DNA from: a virus
Taxonomy: Duplodnaviria > Caudoviricetes
DNA: 59,633 bases
Strand: one strand, 5' to 3'
Virus record (IMG/VR): IMGVR_UViG_3300023184_000136
Location: 1 to 59,633 of that record
The notes below the pieces were generated by a model. The model was not told where the DNA came from. It saw only the letters and a program-made list of their open reading frames with translations, and ran no database searches. A program made the translations under genes and the position numbers. This document shows, one piece after another, positions 1 through 11,324 of this stretch (within the stretch, counting starts at the first letter, position 1; each line of letters starts with the position of its first letter).

Positions 1-1
1 A

Positions 2-2569
2 AATACCCCAAGTGAAACTCCAACAAACACGCCAAGCGAAACGCCTACAAATACACCAACCAATACTGAAACTCCAACTAATACTCCAAGCGAAACTCCA
101 ACAAACACGCCAAGCGAAACGCCTACAAACACACCAACCCAAACTAACACACAAACACAAACAGCCACAACAACTAATACACCTACGCCAACACTTACTC
201 CGACAGTGACTCAAACACCGGGACTAACAACTCAATTCCAAGATTGTAGTGATGGTGTTATTTTTAGATTCCATAACGGAGCTCTACCAACGACAACAGG
301 ATTTACTTATAATATTACTGGTGGAAATGACTTTGTTGGATGTGCAACAATAGTTCCAACTACGGGTGAAGGTCCATTATATGACGGTACAGGTGTTATA
401 TTCACACAAACAACTGGATGTGGTGACCCCGTATGTCCAAGAACAAGTCAATCGCCATCTTTATTATCTGAATGTTCAACAGGTCAGGTAGTATACTTTA
501 ATGTTGATACTGACACTGCTTTCGTAGGTGCCGTATATCTTGTTAGTGGTCATTGTTATTCATTTATTGAGTTCTCAGGACCAGGTGGAGAGTATGTGCC
601 AGGTCCATCATACAGTAGATGTGTGGATTGTATACCTGTGCCTGTTACACCAACACCTTACCCATCACCAACAAATACGCCAACGGTTTCATTAACACCA
701 TCAGCATGTTCGACAACCTATTGTTTTAGTACAACAGATTCTGTTCTATCGGGTTATAGTGGAAATTATACTTATACAGGTTCTTACAATGGAAGGTCGA
801 CTTTTATTGGAGACGGAACATCAGTAGGGTTTATCTATTATAATAATACTTCTTGGTGTTTAAGTACTTCAGTAGGAGGAACTTGTTTATATCAAGGAGC
901 TTCCCCTTGTTACTTTAGTTGCCCTGATTTCCCATCAAACGTATTTTATACTGGACCATGTGTAACACCAACACCAACTCCAATTAACTGTAGTATTTTT
1001 GACTTTAATGCATATTTTGATTGTGATTGGGAACCAATACCAACGCCAACTCCAACCGTCCCATGTGACGATGTTAATTTTGATTTATTAACGATTGGAG
1101 TAACACCGACACCAACACCATCGAAAAATTGTTCTGGTAAATCAGTTGTTTTCAGTTTGAGTGGATTTACAACACAACCTACGCCAACGCCAAGTAATAC
1201 ACCAACAGTTACTTTAACAAGAACTGTAAACGTTGCTAATTCTATTAGTTATGTAATACTTGATGAAACATTTAGTTGTACATCAGCTAAAGTCTTAATT
1301 GATTGTTCAAATGGTGATGAGGTTTATGTATGTGGTACATTGGCATTAAGTGGAACACCGGCAACTATCGGTACTGTTCTATTGGTTGATTTGGATGATG
1401 ATACAAGAAGATGTGTTATCTATGATAGAGATGATTCCAATATTTCATCAAACGTAAATGTCAATGAGGTTATTGCGTTGTATAATGAATGTGGATTCTG
1501 TAATGTTGTTCCAACACCGACTCCTACGGTTACTCAATCTCCAACAGCAACAAACACGAGCACACCAACACAAACACCGACAAATACTGCAACACCGACT
1601 TTAACACCATCACCAACATCAACAAACGGAACAACACCACCTCCAACGCCAACACAAACAACAACAATGACTCCAACCAATTCACCAACACATACAATTA
1701 CACCAACACCTTCTGTAACACCAAACTATGTTTATGTTTATGAAAGTTGTTCACCAATATCTTATGGTAGTCCATTGAATACTCAGGTTATTCAAAATGA
1801 AAGAGTTTCTTTCACAAACGTACAAGGAACAATATTCAAAGATAGTGTAGGGAATTGTTGGAATTATCAAGGTAGATTTGATTCCGATTATATTGCACCT
1901 CCAACAGTTAATGCCGTTAGTTATGAAGGTAACTATTTCAGTGGAGGTCCTACAACAGTTTACCCAACATGTCAAGATTGTCAGATAATACCAGTAGTGG
2001 CGTGTGAATACATTTACTTCAATGCTGTAAGATGTGATAACGGACAAAGTGTTGTTGTTGCGGCTTGTAACCTTGGTACAGGTGTATCTCTAAATTCTGG
2101 TGGATTTGATTTAGGTACATTAACTCTTACGCCAACAGTTGGTCAAACACATTCAGTATCTGTACCAAACGGAGATGATTATTGTGTTATCTTAAGTTCA
2201 GTTACAACTTCGGTAGCTAACCCTAAATTAATAGGAACTCCGGCTTGGTCCACATATACATGTTCAACATGTCCAATTTATAAAACATATTATGTAAATG
2301 CTTGTGACGGAAGTGCTCAAAATGTTTTAATATATGCACCTTCAAATTCGGTAACATTATCAGTTGGAACAGCGGTGAGCGTTGATATTAGCACAACTTG
2401 TTATACTATTATAAGCTACGAAGGAATCCAAACAGAGGTTTACTTATTACCTGGAATAACACCACAATTGTCTCAGTCATTCGTTACTTGTCAAGAATGT
2501 TTTGACGCGTTTGCAAGTCAAGGTGGTGGAGGTGGAGGAGACACTGGTGGAGGAGGTTCAAGTTCATAA
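2..2569 (+). CDS. Thr/Pro-repeat, Cys-rich putative virion surface/structural protein (5' truncated by window)
   Basis: The frame of ORF 206..2569 is open from base 2 ([15 protein letters not shown]...). PT/TPT linkers alternate with Cys-rich modules. Confidence 0.75.
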   Translation, partial: NTPSETPTNTPSETPTNTPTNTETPTNTPSETPTNTPSETPTNTPTQTNTQTQTATTTNTPTPTLTPTVTQTPGLTTQFQDCSDGVIFRFHNGALPTTTGFTYNITGGNDFVGCATIVPTTGEGPLYDGTGVIFTQTTGCGDPVCPRTSQSPSLLSECSTGQVVYFNVDTDTAFVGAVYLVSGHCYSFIEFSGPGGEYVPGPSYSRCVDCIPVPVTPTPYPSPTNTPTVSLTPSACSTTYCFSTTDSVLSGYSGNYTYTGSYNGRSTFIGDGTSVGFIYYNNTSWCLSTSVGGTCLYQGASPCYFSCPDFPSNVFYTGPCVTPTPTPINCSIFDFNAYFDCDWEPIPTPTPTVPCDDVNFDLLTIGVTPTPTPSKNCSGKSVVFSLSGFTTQPTPTPSNTPTVTLTRTVNVANSISYVILDETFSCTSAKVLIDCSNGDEVYVCGTLALSGTPATIGTVLLVDLDDDTRRCVIYDRDDSNISSNVNVNEVIALYNECGFCNVVPTPTPTVTQSPTATNTSTPTQTPTNTATPTLTPSPTSTNGTTPPPTPTQTTTMTPTNSPTHTITPTPSVTPNYVYVYESCSPISYGSPLNTQVIQNERVSFTNVQGTIFKDSVGNCWNYQGRFDSDYIAPPTVNAVSYEGNYFSGGPTTVYPTCQDCQIIPVVACEYIYFNAVRCDNGQSVVVAACNLGTGVSLNSGGFDLGTLTLTPTVGQTHSVSVPNGDDYCVILSSVTTSVANPKLIGTPAWSTYTCSTCPIYKTYYVNACDGSAQNVLIYAPSNSVTLSVGTAVSVDISTTCYTIISYEGIQTEVYLLPGITPQLSQSFVTCQECFDAFASQGGGGGGDTGGGGSSS

Positions 2570-2572
2570 TGT

Positions 2573-3220
2573 ATGACAACATTTAACAAGACAGCTAATC
2601 TACATCAATACTTTCATTATCAAAGAGGTAGTGTTCATACAGGAACTGCTTGGAATAGACCATCGTACAAATCCATCAAAGATTTTTTCACAGTTATAAG
2701 TCAAGAGACGAATATCTTATCAAAATATGATGTTTATTTAATGGGAGGAATTCTATATGACTTCAAAGAAACTTGGGACGTTGATTTATGTTTAACAGGA
2801 GACATAACAAGTTATGAAGACCTTGAAAATGATATGAACTTAATGTATGACTTAGCGTTAAATCATTTCAAATTACTTTTAGATATTCAATGGTATGAGA
2901 AACCATTACCTGTTATTACTTATGAAGAAATAACTTCAAAAAATTTTGTTCATCATAAACTAAAATACATTAAAACGACATATATCAAGAAAGAAATAGG
3001 TCAAGAAGTAACCGAATTTGATGTTAGAGATAATGAAGGTGTGACAAAATTAACCGAATATTTGGTTAAAGGATATCATGAAGAATATCCGGGAACCAAA
3101 GAAAAAGTAATTAATAGAATAAAAAACAACCCTAATAGAGTATTAAAATCAGTATTTGATGTTAAAACATTTTTAACAACAGACGAACAATATTTTATTA
3201 ATAATACAAATAGAGTTTAA
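2573..3220 (+). CDS. Pol-beta-superfamily minimal nucleotidyltransferase-like protein
   Basis: Motif VYLMGG...TWDVDL (hG[GS]...DhD), plus a later LLDIQ third Asp. Confidence 0.55.
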   Translation: MTTFNKTANLHQYFHYQRGSVHTGTAWNRPSYKSIKDFFTVISQETNILSKYDVYLMGGILYDFKETWDVDLCLTGDITSYEDLENDMNLMYDLALNHFKLLLDIQWYEKPLPVITYEEITSKNFVHHKLKYIKTTYIKKEIGQEVTEFDVRDNEGVTKLTEYLVKGYHEEYPGTKEKVINRIKNNPNRVLKSVFDVKTFLTTDEQYFINNTNRV

Positions 3221-3222
3221 AG

Positions 3223-3230
3223 TATTTATA
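3223..3230 (+). promoter_or_regulatory. TATTTATA putative phage late promoter
   Basis: 3 nt before ATG 3234. The same motif recurs before many structural genes. Confidence 0.5.
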
Positions 3231-3233
3231 GTT

Positions 3234-3452
3234 ATGGCAGTACAAGTTACAATCAGTGGTATTACAGGAACTTCCCCTTATGACATTTACATATGTCAGT
3301 CAGGAGGAACAGGTTGTTTTTATATTACAACCACCTCAACAATACCTTATGTATTTGACATACCAGCACCCAATAACACATCGTTATCGTATATGTTAAA
3401 AATAAAAGATGGGGATGGTTGTACATTTAATGCCATAGCGAACGTATCATGA
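3234..3452 (+). CDS. small beta-rich structural protein, paralog of the N-terminus of the next gene
   Basis: VQVTISGITGTSPYDIYIC...PYVFDIP...KIKDGDGC matches QVTITSVTANTPVEIYYC...PYTFDVP...KIIDTQGC in 3449..4096. Confidence 0.7.
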   Translation: MAVQVTISGITGTSPYDIYICQSGGTGCFYITTTSTIPYVFDIPAPNNTSLSYMLKIKDGDGCTFNAIANVS

Positions 3453-4096
3453 GTCAACAAGTTACAATAACATCGGTTACTGCGAATACCCCTGTAGAAA
3501 TTTATTATTGTGATTCTACTAGTGGGTCTTGTGTTTATGTCCAAACCGTATCAACTTTTCCATATACCTTTGATGTACCTGACCCATATGACACTGAAGA
3601 CTTTGTTATTAAAATCATTGACACCCAAGGATGTATTGACGGAGATATAATCTATATTACACCAACACCAACACCCTCAATTACGCCAAGTCAAACAATC
3701 ACACCTACAGTTACAACAACACCAACTAATACACCATCTCACACTCCAACGACAACACCAACAATTACAGTAACATCAACAGTGACTCCAACAATTACAC
3801 CAACTCCATCAGTAACTCCTGTTCTTTACTATCATGCCAAAGGCCAAAACACATACGTAACATCAGGAGATTGTTGCGGAGATATAATAACTTCAACATA
3901 TTATTACACTTATTTAAGTGATGGTAATACAGTACCTGTGGTTGGAATTAAAGTTTATACTACGCAAGTTTCAGGAGTACTTTATAATCCTTTTAATGGT
4001 AATAATAGATATATTAAAATGATTTGGAATGGAAGTAATTATGCTGTTAGAATTGATATTGTAGGGAACATTGTTGATTTTAGTTTGTGTTCTTAA
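3449..4096 (+). CDS. Thr/Pro-repeat structural protein
   Basis: Central TPTPTPSITP linker between two small beta domains; ATGA overlap with the previous gene. Confidence 0.75.
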   Translation: MSQQVTITSVTANTPVEIYYCDSTSGSCVYVQTVSTFPYTFDVPDPYDTEDFVIKIIDTQGCIDGDIIYITPTPTPSITPSQTITPTVTTTPTNTPSHTPTTTPTITVTSTVTPTITPTPSVTPVLYYHAKGQNTYVTSGDCCGDIITSTYYYTYLSDGNTVPVVGIKVYTTQVSGVLYNPFNGNNRYIKMIWNGSNYAVRIDIVGNIVDFSLCS

Positions 4097-4157
4097 ACAT
4101 TAATCTATACAAAATATTCTAAAATCTTATACTTATAGGATATAATAAATTCAATTA

Positions 4158-6143
4158 ATGGCGACAACAACTCCAACACCAACTCCATCAGTCACACCAA
4201 TATTTTGTGGTAGTGGTGTTACAACTGGTGGTTATTATTATACCGATTGTTGCGGCAACTTTGTTCAAGGTGCTGACGCCAATGTTATTGTTAGTTTAGA
4301 TTATACAAAACCAAGTAATGGTGTTACTAAGCTGAACGTTATTGCGACAACATCTTGTCCAACACCCACTCAAACTCCAACACCAACTAATACACCAACA
4401 ACAACAAATACGCCAAGTGTTACTCCAACACAAACTCATACGCCAACAACTACAATAACTCAATCACCTACCCCTTCTAATGCTGCCGCTTACAGGTTAA
4501 AAAATGACTGTGATGTGTTCACATTGTTTGACATGGGAATAAGATGTCAAGTATTGAAACAACCATCTTCAAATGGAACTTTTGATGGTATATTAACATT
4601 AAGAGTTACAGGTGGAACAGCTCCATATTCATATTATTGGTCAGGAGGTCAAAGAACTCAAACTTTGAGAAATATACCTGCGGGTAATTATCCAATCACA
4701 GTTGTTGATTATTACGGTGATTATACCGCATCAACAATATGTAGTATTTTTGCACCTAGCCCAACTCCGACAACAACAAATACACCAAGTCCAACACTTA
4801 CACCATCACCAACATGGCCGAACTTGTGTTTAATTGTAACATATGCGACACAAGCTTATGGACCTTATCAATTTGTGATAAGTGGAAGTCAAAATGGAAG
4901 ACCACAATGGACTTCAGGTTCATTGGTGCTTGGATGGTCAACAAGAAACTTAAGATGGGAAATTCAGGGTTGGACGAATACTGTTGGATTACCTGTAAGT
5001 ACAGACCCATCAAACATACCGGTAAGTTCATGGTCAATCGCAGGAGGAGTAGGAACACAACCTTCAATCTCAATGACACAAGGAACTTGTCCATCTTACT
5101 TACCTTTATCAACTAACGTAGTGGCAACAAATACATCATGTAGCGGAACACTTAACTGTAATGGTTCAATTAGTGTTACAACAATGGGTGGAGTACCTCC
5201 GTACATCTATTCAATTAATAATGGAAACACTTATCAATCAAGTAACGTATTTAATGGTTTATGTCAAAATACTTACACTGTGATAATAAAAGACTCTCTT
5301 AACAATAGTCAAACTCAAGTTGTTCAAGTAGGATTTGATTCGGCACCAACAACATATGCAATTACAACTGTTCTTGATAGAATTGAATTAATTGCTGGAA
5401 ACACTCAAATTGCTTATTGGTATGTGGATGTTCAACCACCAATTACTGACGGCTCAATTGTGAACTTTGACTTGAATGTAAGTATTAGTAAGAACTACAA
5501 TCAACCTGGTGAAGGTAGTATTGTTAGTGATATAACAGTTGCTCAAAATGAAGTATCTCAATATCCATCATCAACATCATCAATTACAACAACTTCACCA
5601 AGACCTTATTGTAGTCCTTATGAAACAATCAATATTAATGATGTTCAAGTTTACTCATTACAAGTTAGTAAGGATATTAAAGTTTCTGGTACATCAACAT
5701 CAAGTTTACAAATTACAAATGGACAGGTTGGGGCTAATGGTTGTGTAACTAAGTTAGACCAAACAATATTAACTTCAGTTTCAACTTCAATTATTGATGG
5801 TTGTTTATGTTGTACAATAACGGATGATGATATACCACAAGGTATACAAAACCATAATATACAATATGGTCAAAATGTGGACCAACAACCTTTAGATTAT
5901 ACAGTGGTGGCTGCGGGTGTTGGTTATACCCAATCAGAAGCTTGTGGAGACTATAACCTTAATCCAATAAGATATGTTAATGGACCTTCATTCCAAACTG
6001 GACTTGGTTTATATGGTGGAAATCCTTCACACCCACGTTTGTTGACTCAATACCCATATTGTACTGACGGTTCGGGAAGATTATATGAATTAAACAACGG
6101 AATTATTGGGCAAGAAATTGGTTATAGTTGCAGTAGTTATTAA
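4158..6143 (+). CDS. Thr/Pro-repeat protein with SprB-like repeats (putative adhesin/virion appendage)
   Basis: GGTAPYSYYWS and NGSISV...GGVPPYIYSINNG...YTVIIKDS resemble Flavobacterial SprB repeats; PT linkers. Confidence 0.7.
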   Translation: MATTTPTPTPSVTPIFCGSGVTTGGYYYTDCCGNFVQGADANVIVSLDYTKPSNGVTKLNVIATTSCPTPTQTPTPTNTPTTTNTPSVTPTQTHTPTTTITQSPTPSNAAAYRLKNDCDVFTLFDMGIRCQVLKQPSSNGTFDGILTLRVTGGTAPYSYYWSGGQRTQTLRNIPAGNYPITVVDYYGDYTASTICSIFAPSPTPTTTNTPSPTLTPSPTWPNLCLIVTYATQAYGPYQFVISGSQNGRPQWTSGSLVLGWSTRNLRWEIQGWTNTVGLPVSTDPSNIPVSSWSIAGGVGTQPSISMTQGTCPSYLPLSTNVVATNTSCSGTLNCNGSISVTTMGGVPPYIYSINNGNTYQSSNVFNGLCQNTYTVIIKDSLNNSQTQVVQVGFDSAPTTYAITTVLDRIELIAGNTQIAYWYVDVQPPITDGSIVNFDLNVSISKNYNQPGEGSIVSDITVAQNEVSQYPSSTSSITTTSPRPYCSPYETININDVQVYSLQVSKDIKVSGTSTSSLQITNGQVGANGCVTKLDQTILTSVSTSIIDGCLCCTITDDDIPQGIQNHNIQYGQNVDQQPLDYTVVAAGVGYTQSEACGDYNLNPIRYVNGPSFQTGLGLYGGNPSHPRLLTQYPYCTDGSGRLYELNNGIIGQEIGYSCSSY

Positions 6144-6157
6144 AAAAGAAAAAAGAA

Positions 6158-6165
6158 TATTTATA
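6158..6165 (+). promoter_or_regulatory. TATTTATA putative late promoter
   Basis: 4 nt before ATG 6170. Confidence 0.5.
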
Positions 6166-6169
6166 AACA

Positions 6170-8383
6170 ATGGCATACATTATAAAAAATACGGCAGGAT
6201 TAATTAACACAAGACTTACTGATGTAGGTAGAAGAAACTTATCTCAGGGAAACTTTAATATTTCATATTTCCAAATCGGAGATAGTGAAGTATCTTATTC
6301 TGCGGTGACTAACTATAACCAAGTTAACAATAATATTTTAATGCCAGCGTTTAATGCTCAGAACGATACTGGTTCACCACAGTCAAACAAAGAAAATATT
6401 AAATATCCTTATTATGTTAGTGGACAAAAAGGTAATACCTATGGTCTTCCTTTTATGGATAGTGCGGTACAATCAGTTTATAACTCTGCGGGACCTAAAG
6501 GATTTTTTACAACAGGAGGAACTCAAGGAGCTTGGACGGCTCAAACAGCTTCAGCATATACTGTAACATCTAACTATACTGTTGATATGTTAACATTAAC
6601 AGGTCAAACTACAATCAATATTAATTTAGATTTATCAGTATGTTCACCTTCATCTGGAACTCCATCAGTTAATGACTTTATTACATTGTTTTTAGACGGA
6701 TATGGAGGATGTGGTGATTTTGGGACTTATCCAATTTTGACTTATAGAATTCAAGATATTACACCATCTACTGGAACTTCTGCAACAACGGTTTGGACTC
6801 TAACTTTAGATAGAAGTGTACCTAATTATTCATTTTTAACTGGAGGTACTAAAGACGCTCGAGCGCTAATCTATCCATCAGGAATGACCGCGTTATACGA
6901 TTCGATAACACCGGCACCTTATTGGCAGACAGACACACTTAACTTCGAATCACCTTGTGATGTTGTTAATAGAGAAAATACTTTGATATGGAATATGAAT
7001 ATTCCTTGGTCAGTAAATCCAGCAGGATTAGATAATAATGCATGGGAGGGATACAACCAATTTGGTTCGGTAAGTTATATTGGAACTAAAGAATATTTGG
7101 GATATCAAGAACCAAGTGGACAAACAGACACAAGCCAAGTTTATTACTATAACTCTTTCGATGAGAAAGTTATTGTTACACCAAAACAACAAAAAGCTAT
7201 TGCAATTATTCACTACACTAATCAAGACATTGATAATGTGTACGGTGAGAAATTTGCAACAGTACCATATGACCCACAAAATCCAAATGACAATACTGGA
7301 TTAGCTAGACATCTAAAATTGACTTTACCTACACTAATGTGGCACAAATCAACAGGAAGTTCAATTGGAGAAACGTTTTGGATTGACCCACCAAATTACG
7401 ATTTGTGTTATCCTTATTACATAAAATCTGCGGTTAATACAGATATGAATGACCCTGGTATTAGATATTACCATCTATGGGATACAAACCCTGATGACAA
7501 TGGTAATCTTAACAGGATTGGTAAAGTGTTCCCTGACCAACAAACAATTGTTGTTGATGATGAAGAGGTTGTTGCAGCACTTTCAAACAAAGCCAACAGA
7601 AATTGGACATTACCAGCACCTAAATTATCGTTATTAACACCAAATACTTGTTATACTAACAACTCAACGGCAACAGGTTTATTCTCAGCAACAACACAAG
7701 CGATGTGGGTTACATATAGATTTGATTCTACTGCGTTTACTCAGTCATTACATTGTAATTACTATTCTTATATTAAAGCTGATTCAACTGTCACTGCAAA
7801 CACACAGAACGTGGCTGTTAGATTTGGTCCTGAATTCTCATTCTTGAATCCTAGTTTTCAAACTAATTTAACAGGATATACCGCTAACTCAATTAAATTA
7901 TTGTGTCAGATAGTTTCAGGTGATACACAACCAAATCCAATTTTATGGAGAGAGATTGATATTACAAGTGAAATTAGTGGTTCATCAATAAACAATTATT
8001 TAACGATGAGTGGTTTGACTGGAACTACATTCCAAATTTCAAAGTCAGAATATGATTCGGCACCTTACTATGACTTAAGTGATTACATTGATTTAACACC
8101 TTTAAATGACACTGATGTATTGAATTTCGGCGATGAATATTACTATTATGGGAATTTCGAAACTGACATTTCCGCAACCATTTATGAGATGAGATATCTC
8201 ATTACACTTGGGCGTAATCAGTTCACCAACACATCAAATCCGACATGGACTTCAGGAACAACTTCATATGTAACTGAAATTGGCCTTTACGATACAAATA
8301 AAGACCTTATTGTTATATCTAAACTACAGTCTCCTGAATTAAGACAAGGTATTCAGCAATACGTAGTCAAATTGGATTTCTAA
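6170..8383 (+). CDS. tail/baseplate structural protein (tail-collar DUF3751-like termini)
   Basis: N-terminal LTDVGRR...YFQIGDSE and C-terminal YVTEIGLYD...LIVISKL resemble tail-collar fibre motifs. Confidence 0.6.
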   Translation: MAYIIKNTAGLINTRLTDVGRRNLSQGNFNISYFQIGDSEVSYSAVTNYNQVNNNILMPAFNAQNDTGSPQSNKENIKYPYYVSGQKGNTYGLPFMDSAVQSVYNSAGPKGFFTTGGTQGAWTAQTASAYTVTSNYTVDMLTLTGQTTININLDLSVCSPSSGTPSVNDFITLFLDGYGGCGDFGTYPILTYRIQDITPSTGTSATTVWTLTLDRSVPNYSFLTGGTKDARALIYPSGMTALYDSITPAPYWQTDTLNFESPCDVVNRENTLIWNMNIPWSVNPAGLDNNAWEGYNQFGSVSYIGTKEYLGYQEPSGQTDTSQVYYYNSFDEKVIVTPKQQKAIAIIHYTNQDIDNVYGEKFATVPYDPQNPNDNTGLARHLKLTLPTLMWHKSTGSSIGETFWIDPPNYDLCYPYYIKSAVNTDMNDPGIRYYHLWDTNPDDNGNLNRIGKVFPDQQTIVVDDEEVVAALSNKANRNWTLPAPKLSLLTPNTCYTNNSTATGLFSATTQAMWVTYRFDSTAFTQSLHCNYYSYIKADSTVTANTQNVAVRFGPEFSFLNPSFQTNLTGYTANSIKLLCQIVSGDTQPNPILWREIDITSEISGSSINNYLTMSGLTGTTFQISKSEYDSAPYYDLSDYIDLTPLNDTDVLNFGDEYYYYGNFETDISATIYEMRYLITLGRNQFTNTSNPTWTSGTTSYVTEIGLYDTNKDLIVISKLQSPELRQGIQQYVVKLDF

Positions 8384-8385
8384 TT

Positions 8386-8988
8386 ATGGCAAAAAATATA
8401 GTAAAAGATTCACCCAAAATTCTTGGGTTGGATGTATCGACAAAGACTATCGGATGGGCACTATTTGACATCGATAGTAAGAGCTTATTGGAATTAACTC
8501 ACGTTTCTCCAAGACCTAAACCAACAACTGATAGCAAAATTGAAGAACTATTACTTAAGAGTGGTGTGTTCAGAAACAAGCTTGAGGCATATGTTGGTAT
8601 GGGTATTACCAAAGTAATCATCGAAGAACCATTATTAAACTCAAATAACGTATGGACTGTAGGTACTCTCATGAGATACAACACATTGATTTGTAAAGAA
8701 ATCTATGATGTATTAGGAGTTATCCCTGAGTTCATTTCAACATACAATTCAAGAAAATTCGCATTCCCACATCTTGTTCAACCAAACGATAAAGGTAAAT
8801 ACGTCCTATTCGGTGGTTTTGAAAAAGATGCCGACAAGAAAGTCATCATATGGGAATTGGTTGCAAAAAGAGAACCTCAAATCACTTGGCAATATACCAA
8901 GAACAATACCCTCAAGAAAGAAAACTATGACCAAACAGATGCTTATTGTGCTACTTTAGGTTATATGAAATTTAAAGAAATTTGGTAG
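8386..8988 (+). CDS. RuvC-like Holliday junction resolvase
   Basis: RNase H-fold acidic motifs ILGLDVST..IGWA, IIEEP, DQTDAY. Confidence 0.8.
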   Translation: MAKNIVKDSPKILGLDVSTKTIGWALFDIDSKSLLELTHVSPRPKPTTDSKIEELLLKSGVFRNKLEAYVGMGITKVIIEEPLLNSNNVWTVGTLMRYNTLICKEIYDVLGVIPEFISTYNSRKFAFPHLVQPNDKGKYVLFGGFEKDADKKVIIWELVAKREPQITWQYTKNNTLKKENYDQTDAYCATLGYMKFKEIW

Positions 8989-9004
8989 TTTAAACTATTC
9001 TACG

Positions 9005-9012
9005 TATATTTG
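9005..9012 (+). promoter_or_regulatory. Bacteroidetes-type -7 promoter element TATATTTG
   Basis: Matches TAnnTTTG; 6 nt before ATG 9019. Confidence 0.55.
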
Positions 9013-9018
9013 TCTTCT

Positions 9019-9378
9019 ATGGCAAGATATATTATAGAAGATATTGAAACTAAAGGAATTAAGAAGTCACTCAAAAAGTGGGGTGAAATACCTATTAATA
9101 CAGAATATTTGGACGGAGTCATTAAAATCAACAATTATAGAAAATATACTTGGGCTGAAGAAGTTGATATAATTTTTGAAGGAAAAATATCTGTCAGAGT
9201 GGGGGTTGAGAATAGAACGTGGTATACCACCTCAATATTAAAAAAATATAGTATTTCAAAAGTTAAACTTAACAGATTTTTAAGGAAAAATTCTTTATTT
9301 GAAGTTAAAACAAGGATGAAATATTTTGGTGTTGAGATAAAAGATTATTACAATATAACAAAAATTAAATGGGAATAA
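9019..9378 (+). CDS. hypothetical protein
   Basis: ORF 9010..9378; ATG 9019 preferred because it lies downstream of the promoter element. Confidence 0.7.
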   Translation: MARYIIEDIETKGIKKSLKKWGEIPINTEYLDGVIKINNYRKYTWAEEVDIIFEGKISVRVGVENRTWYTTSILKKYSISKVKLNRFLRKNSLFEVKTRMKYFGVEIKDYYNITKIKWE

Positions 9379-9397
9379 TATGATTATATTTGCTTAC

Positions 9398-9550
9398 ATG
9401 TGGGTTGTTGGTTTGTTATTGGTAACCCTATTTATGATAGTGGCTGGAGTTGTTGAAAAGAATTTCAACGAATCTCATCCTGTGAAGAAGTGGTGGAGAC
9501 GCAATATTATTGCGCCAGACCCATATGATAAAACACCGTATAATGACTGA
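9398..9550 (+). CDS. small membrane protein (50 aa, absent from ORF track)
   Basis: MWVVGLLLVTLFMIVAGVV...KKWWRRNIIAPDP; preceded by TATATTTG at 9385-9392; overlaps the primase start. Confidence 0.6.
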   Translation: MWVVGLLLVTLFMIVAGVVEKNFNESHPVKKWWRRNIIAPDPYDKTPYND

Positions 9551-10457
9551 TGAAGTTGATTTATTAGTTGAACTCTTAACTGATGTCTTAGGTAAACCAC
9601 ATCAGCACTATGGGTCAAAAGGTCAGATATCTTTTGACTGTCCGGCTTGTGCTGCTGAGAAAGGTTTGGAAGAGGGTGATGGTAAGGGTAACTTGGAAAT
9701 TAACTACGGTAAACACGTATACAAGTGTTGGGCTTGTGGTGAATTATATGGTACACACGGTCCACTCGGTAAACTATTTGATAAGTACGGAACCAAAAAA
9801 CAGAAGAAGGTCTATGACCTAATCAAACCTGAGGAGTTGAAACAGGAGGACATCAAACGTCCTCGACTAAGACTACCCGAAGGATATACCCAATTCAAAG
9901 AATCTAACCCAAGATTTATACCTCATATCGAGGCTTATAATTATCTGGTCTCAAGAGGTATCACAGATGACATTATAGAACGATTTAAGATAGGTTATAC
10001 CGCAGTTGGGGATTATGCCTACCGAATCGTTGTCCCGTCTTATAACACAGAAAACACCCTAAATTACTTCGTTGCAAGGGCTTGGGTACCCAAAAAGATG
10101 AAATACAAGAACCCTCCTGTGCCCAAGGATGAAATTATTTTTAATGAAAGTGCTATAGATTGGAAAAAAAACGTATATTTGTGCGAAGGAGTATTTGATT
10201 CGTTCTTTTTAACTAACCCAATAGTGATGTTGGGGAAGAAAATGAGTAAGTTGTTGTTTGAGACGTTATACAACAAAGCTGAAGCGAATATCATCATCTG
10301 TACAGATGGAGATGCGTGGACAGACGGATTGAAACTTTACCACGAGTTAAATGGTGGGAGATTATACAACAAGATTAAAATCATCAAGTTGCCTAATGAC
10401 AAAGACGTTTGTGATTTAAGGGGACAAATTGACGAGTATTATTATGAAATTAAGTAA
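9543..10457 (+). CDS. dnaG: DNA primase (Zn-finger + TOPRIM)
   Basis: CPAC...CWAC zinc finger, YLVSRGI, LCEGVFD and DGD TOPRIM motifs; ATG 9543 preferred. Confidence 0.9.
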   Translation: MTDEVDLLVELLTDVLGKPHQHYGSKGQISFDCPACAAEKGLEEGDGKGNLEINYGKHVYKCWACGELYGTHGPLGKLFDKYGTKKQKKVYDLIKPEELKQEDIKRPRLRLPEGYTQFKESNPRFIPHIEAYNYLVSRGITDDIIERFKIGYTAVGDYAYRIVVPSYNTENTLNYFVARAWVPKKMKYKNPPVPKDEIIFNESAIDWKKNVYLCEGVFDSFFLTNPIVMLGKKMSKLLFETLYNKAEANIIICTDGDAWTDGLKLYHELNGGRLYNKIKIIKLPNDKDVCDLRGQIDEYYYEIK

Positions 10458-11292
10458 CATCGCACAAGAAATCAGAGAGTTAGTTAAAACAAGACAACAA
10501 GAACTTGGATTGACCTTTGAAGAAGACAAACACATCTACACAATGAATGGAAGGAAAGATTATCCTTCAGTTTCTAAAGTCCTCAAACAATTTTACACAG
10601 AGTTTCCATCAGAAGAAATATCTTATCACAAAGCGGGTGGTGACCCACAAAAACAACAACAATTACTTGACGAGTGGGCAGCAGCTGGTGAATACTCAAC
10701 CAATATGGGTAGTAGAGTTCACTATGTGTTGGAGAAGAATGTTATTGAACGTAACGGAAATTACAAAGAAGTGAGACAACCTATCTTTGATTGTGATTTA
10801 ACCCAAATGATGAAGGGTGATGCAATGATTAATGCCGGTAAGAAGTATGTTGATTTAATGGAAGAGAGAGGTGCCGTTCTATTAGATACGGAGATGGTTC
10901 TTGGTGACCCTGAATTGGGGTATACAGGACAACCCGATAAAATATGGTTGATGATGAACAGAGCAAAAACAGAATTTGGATTTGTTGTTACCGATTGGAA
11001 GACTAATAAGAAAAAGAATTTTCAAGAGACAGGTTATACTAAAAGATTAAAAGACCCATTTGGTAAGTTCCCTGATACCGCCTTAGGTCACTACTACCTT
11101 CAATTACCTTTATATGCTAAATTACTTTTAAAGATGTTACAGGGCACCAAATATGCCGATGTTAAGTTATTAGGATGTGTTATCACTCACTTATCAGATG
11201 AAGCTCAATTTGAAGAATTTAAAGTACCTCAAGAGATTGTTAACACTGTCTTAGACATGGATATTAAAAAATATTTGATAAGTAAGAAGTAA
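10444..11292 (+). CDS. PD-(D/E)XK exonuclease (Cas4/RecB-like)
   Basis: YPSVS, GSRVH, GQPD...VTDWKT, HYYLQLPLY. Confidence 0.85.
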   Translation: MKLSNIAQEIRELVKTRQQELGLTFEEDKHIYTMNGRKDYPSVSKVLKQFYTEFPSEEISYHKAGGDPQKQQQLLDEWAAAGEYSTNMGSRVHYVLEKNVIERNGNYKEVRQPIFDCDLTQMMKGDAMINAGKKYVDLMEERGAVLLDTEMVLGDPELGYTGQPDKIWLMMNRAKTEFGFVVTDWKTNKKKNFQETGYTKRLKDPFGKFPDTALGHYYLQLPLYAKLLLKMLQGTKYADVKLLGCVITHLSDEAQFEEFKVPQEIVNTVLDMDIKKYLISKK

Positions 11293-11324
11293 TTGATTAT
11301 ATTTTAAACAATAAAAAAGAGAAT

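Noticed and set aside
12-209. 65-aa Q/L/K-rich ORF
   Set aside because: It is an out-of-frame shadow of the Thr/Pro repeat; the real frame is open from base 2 into ORF 206..2569.
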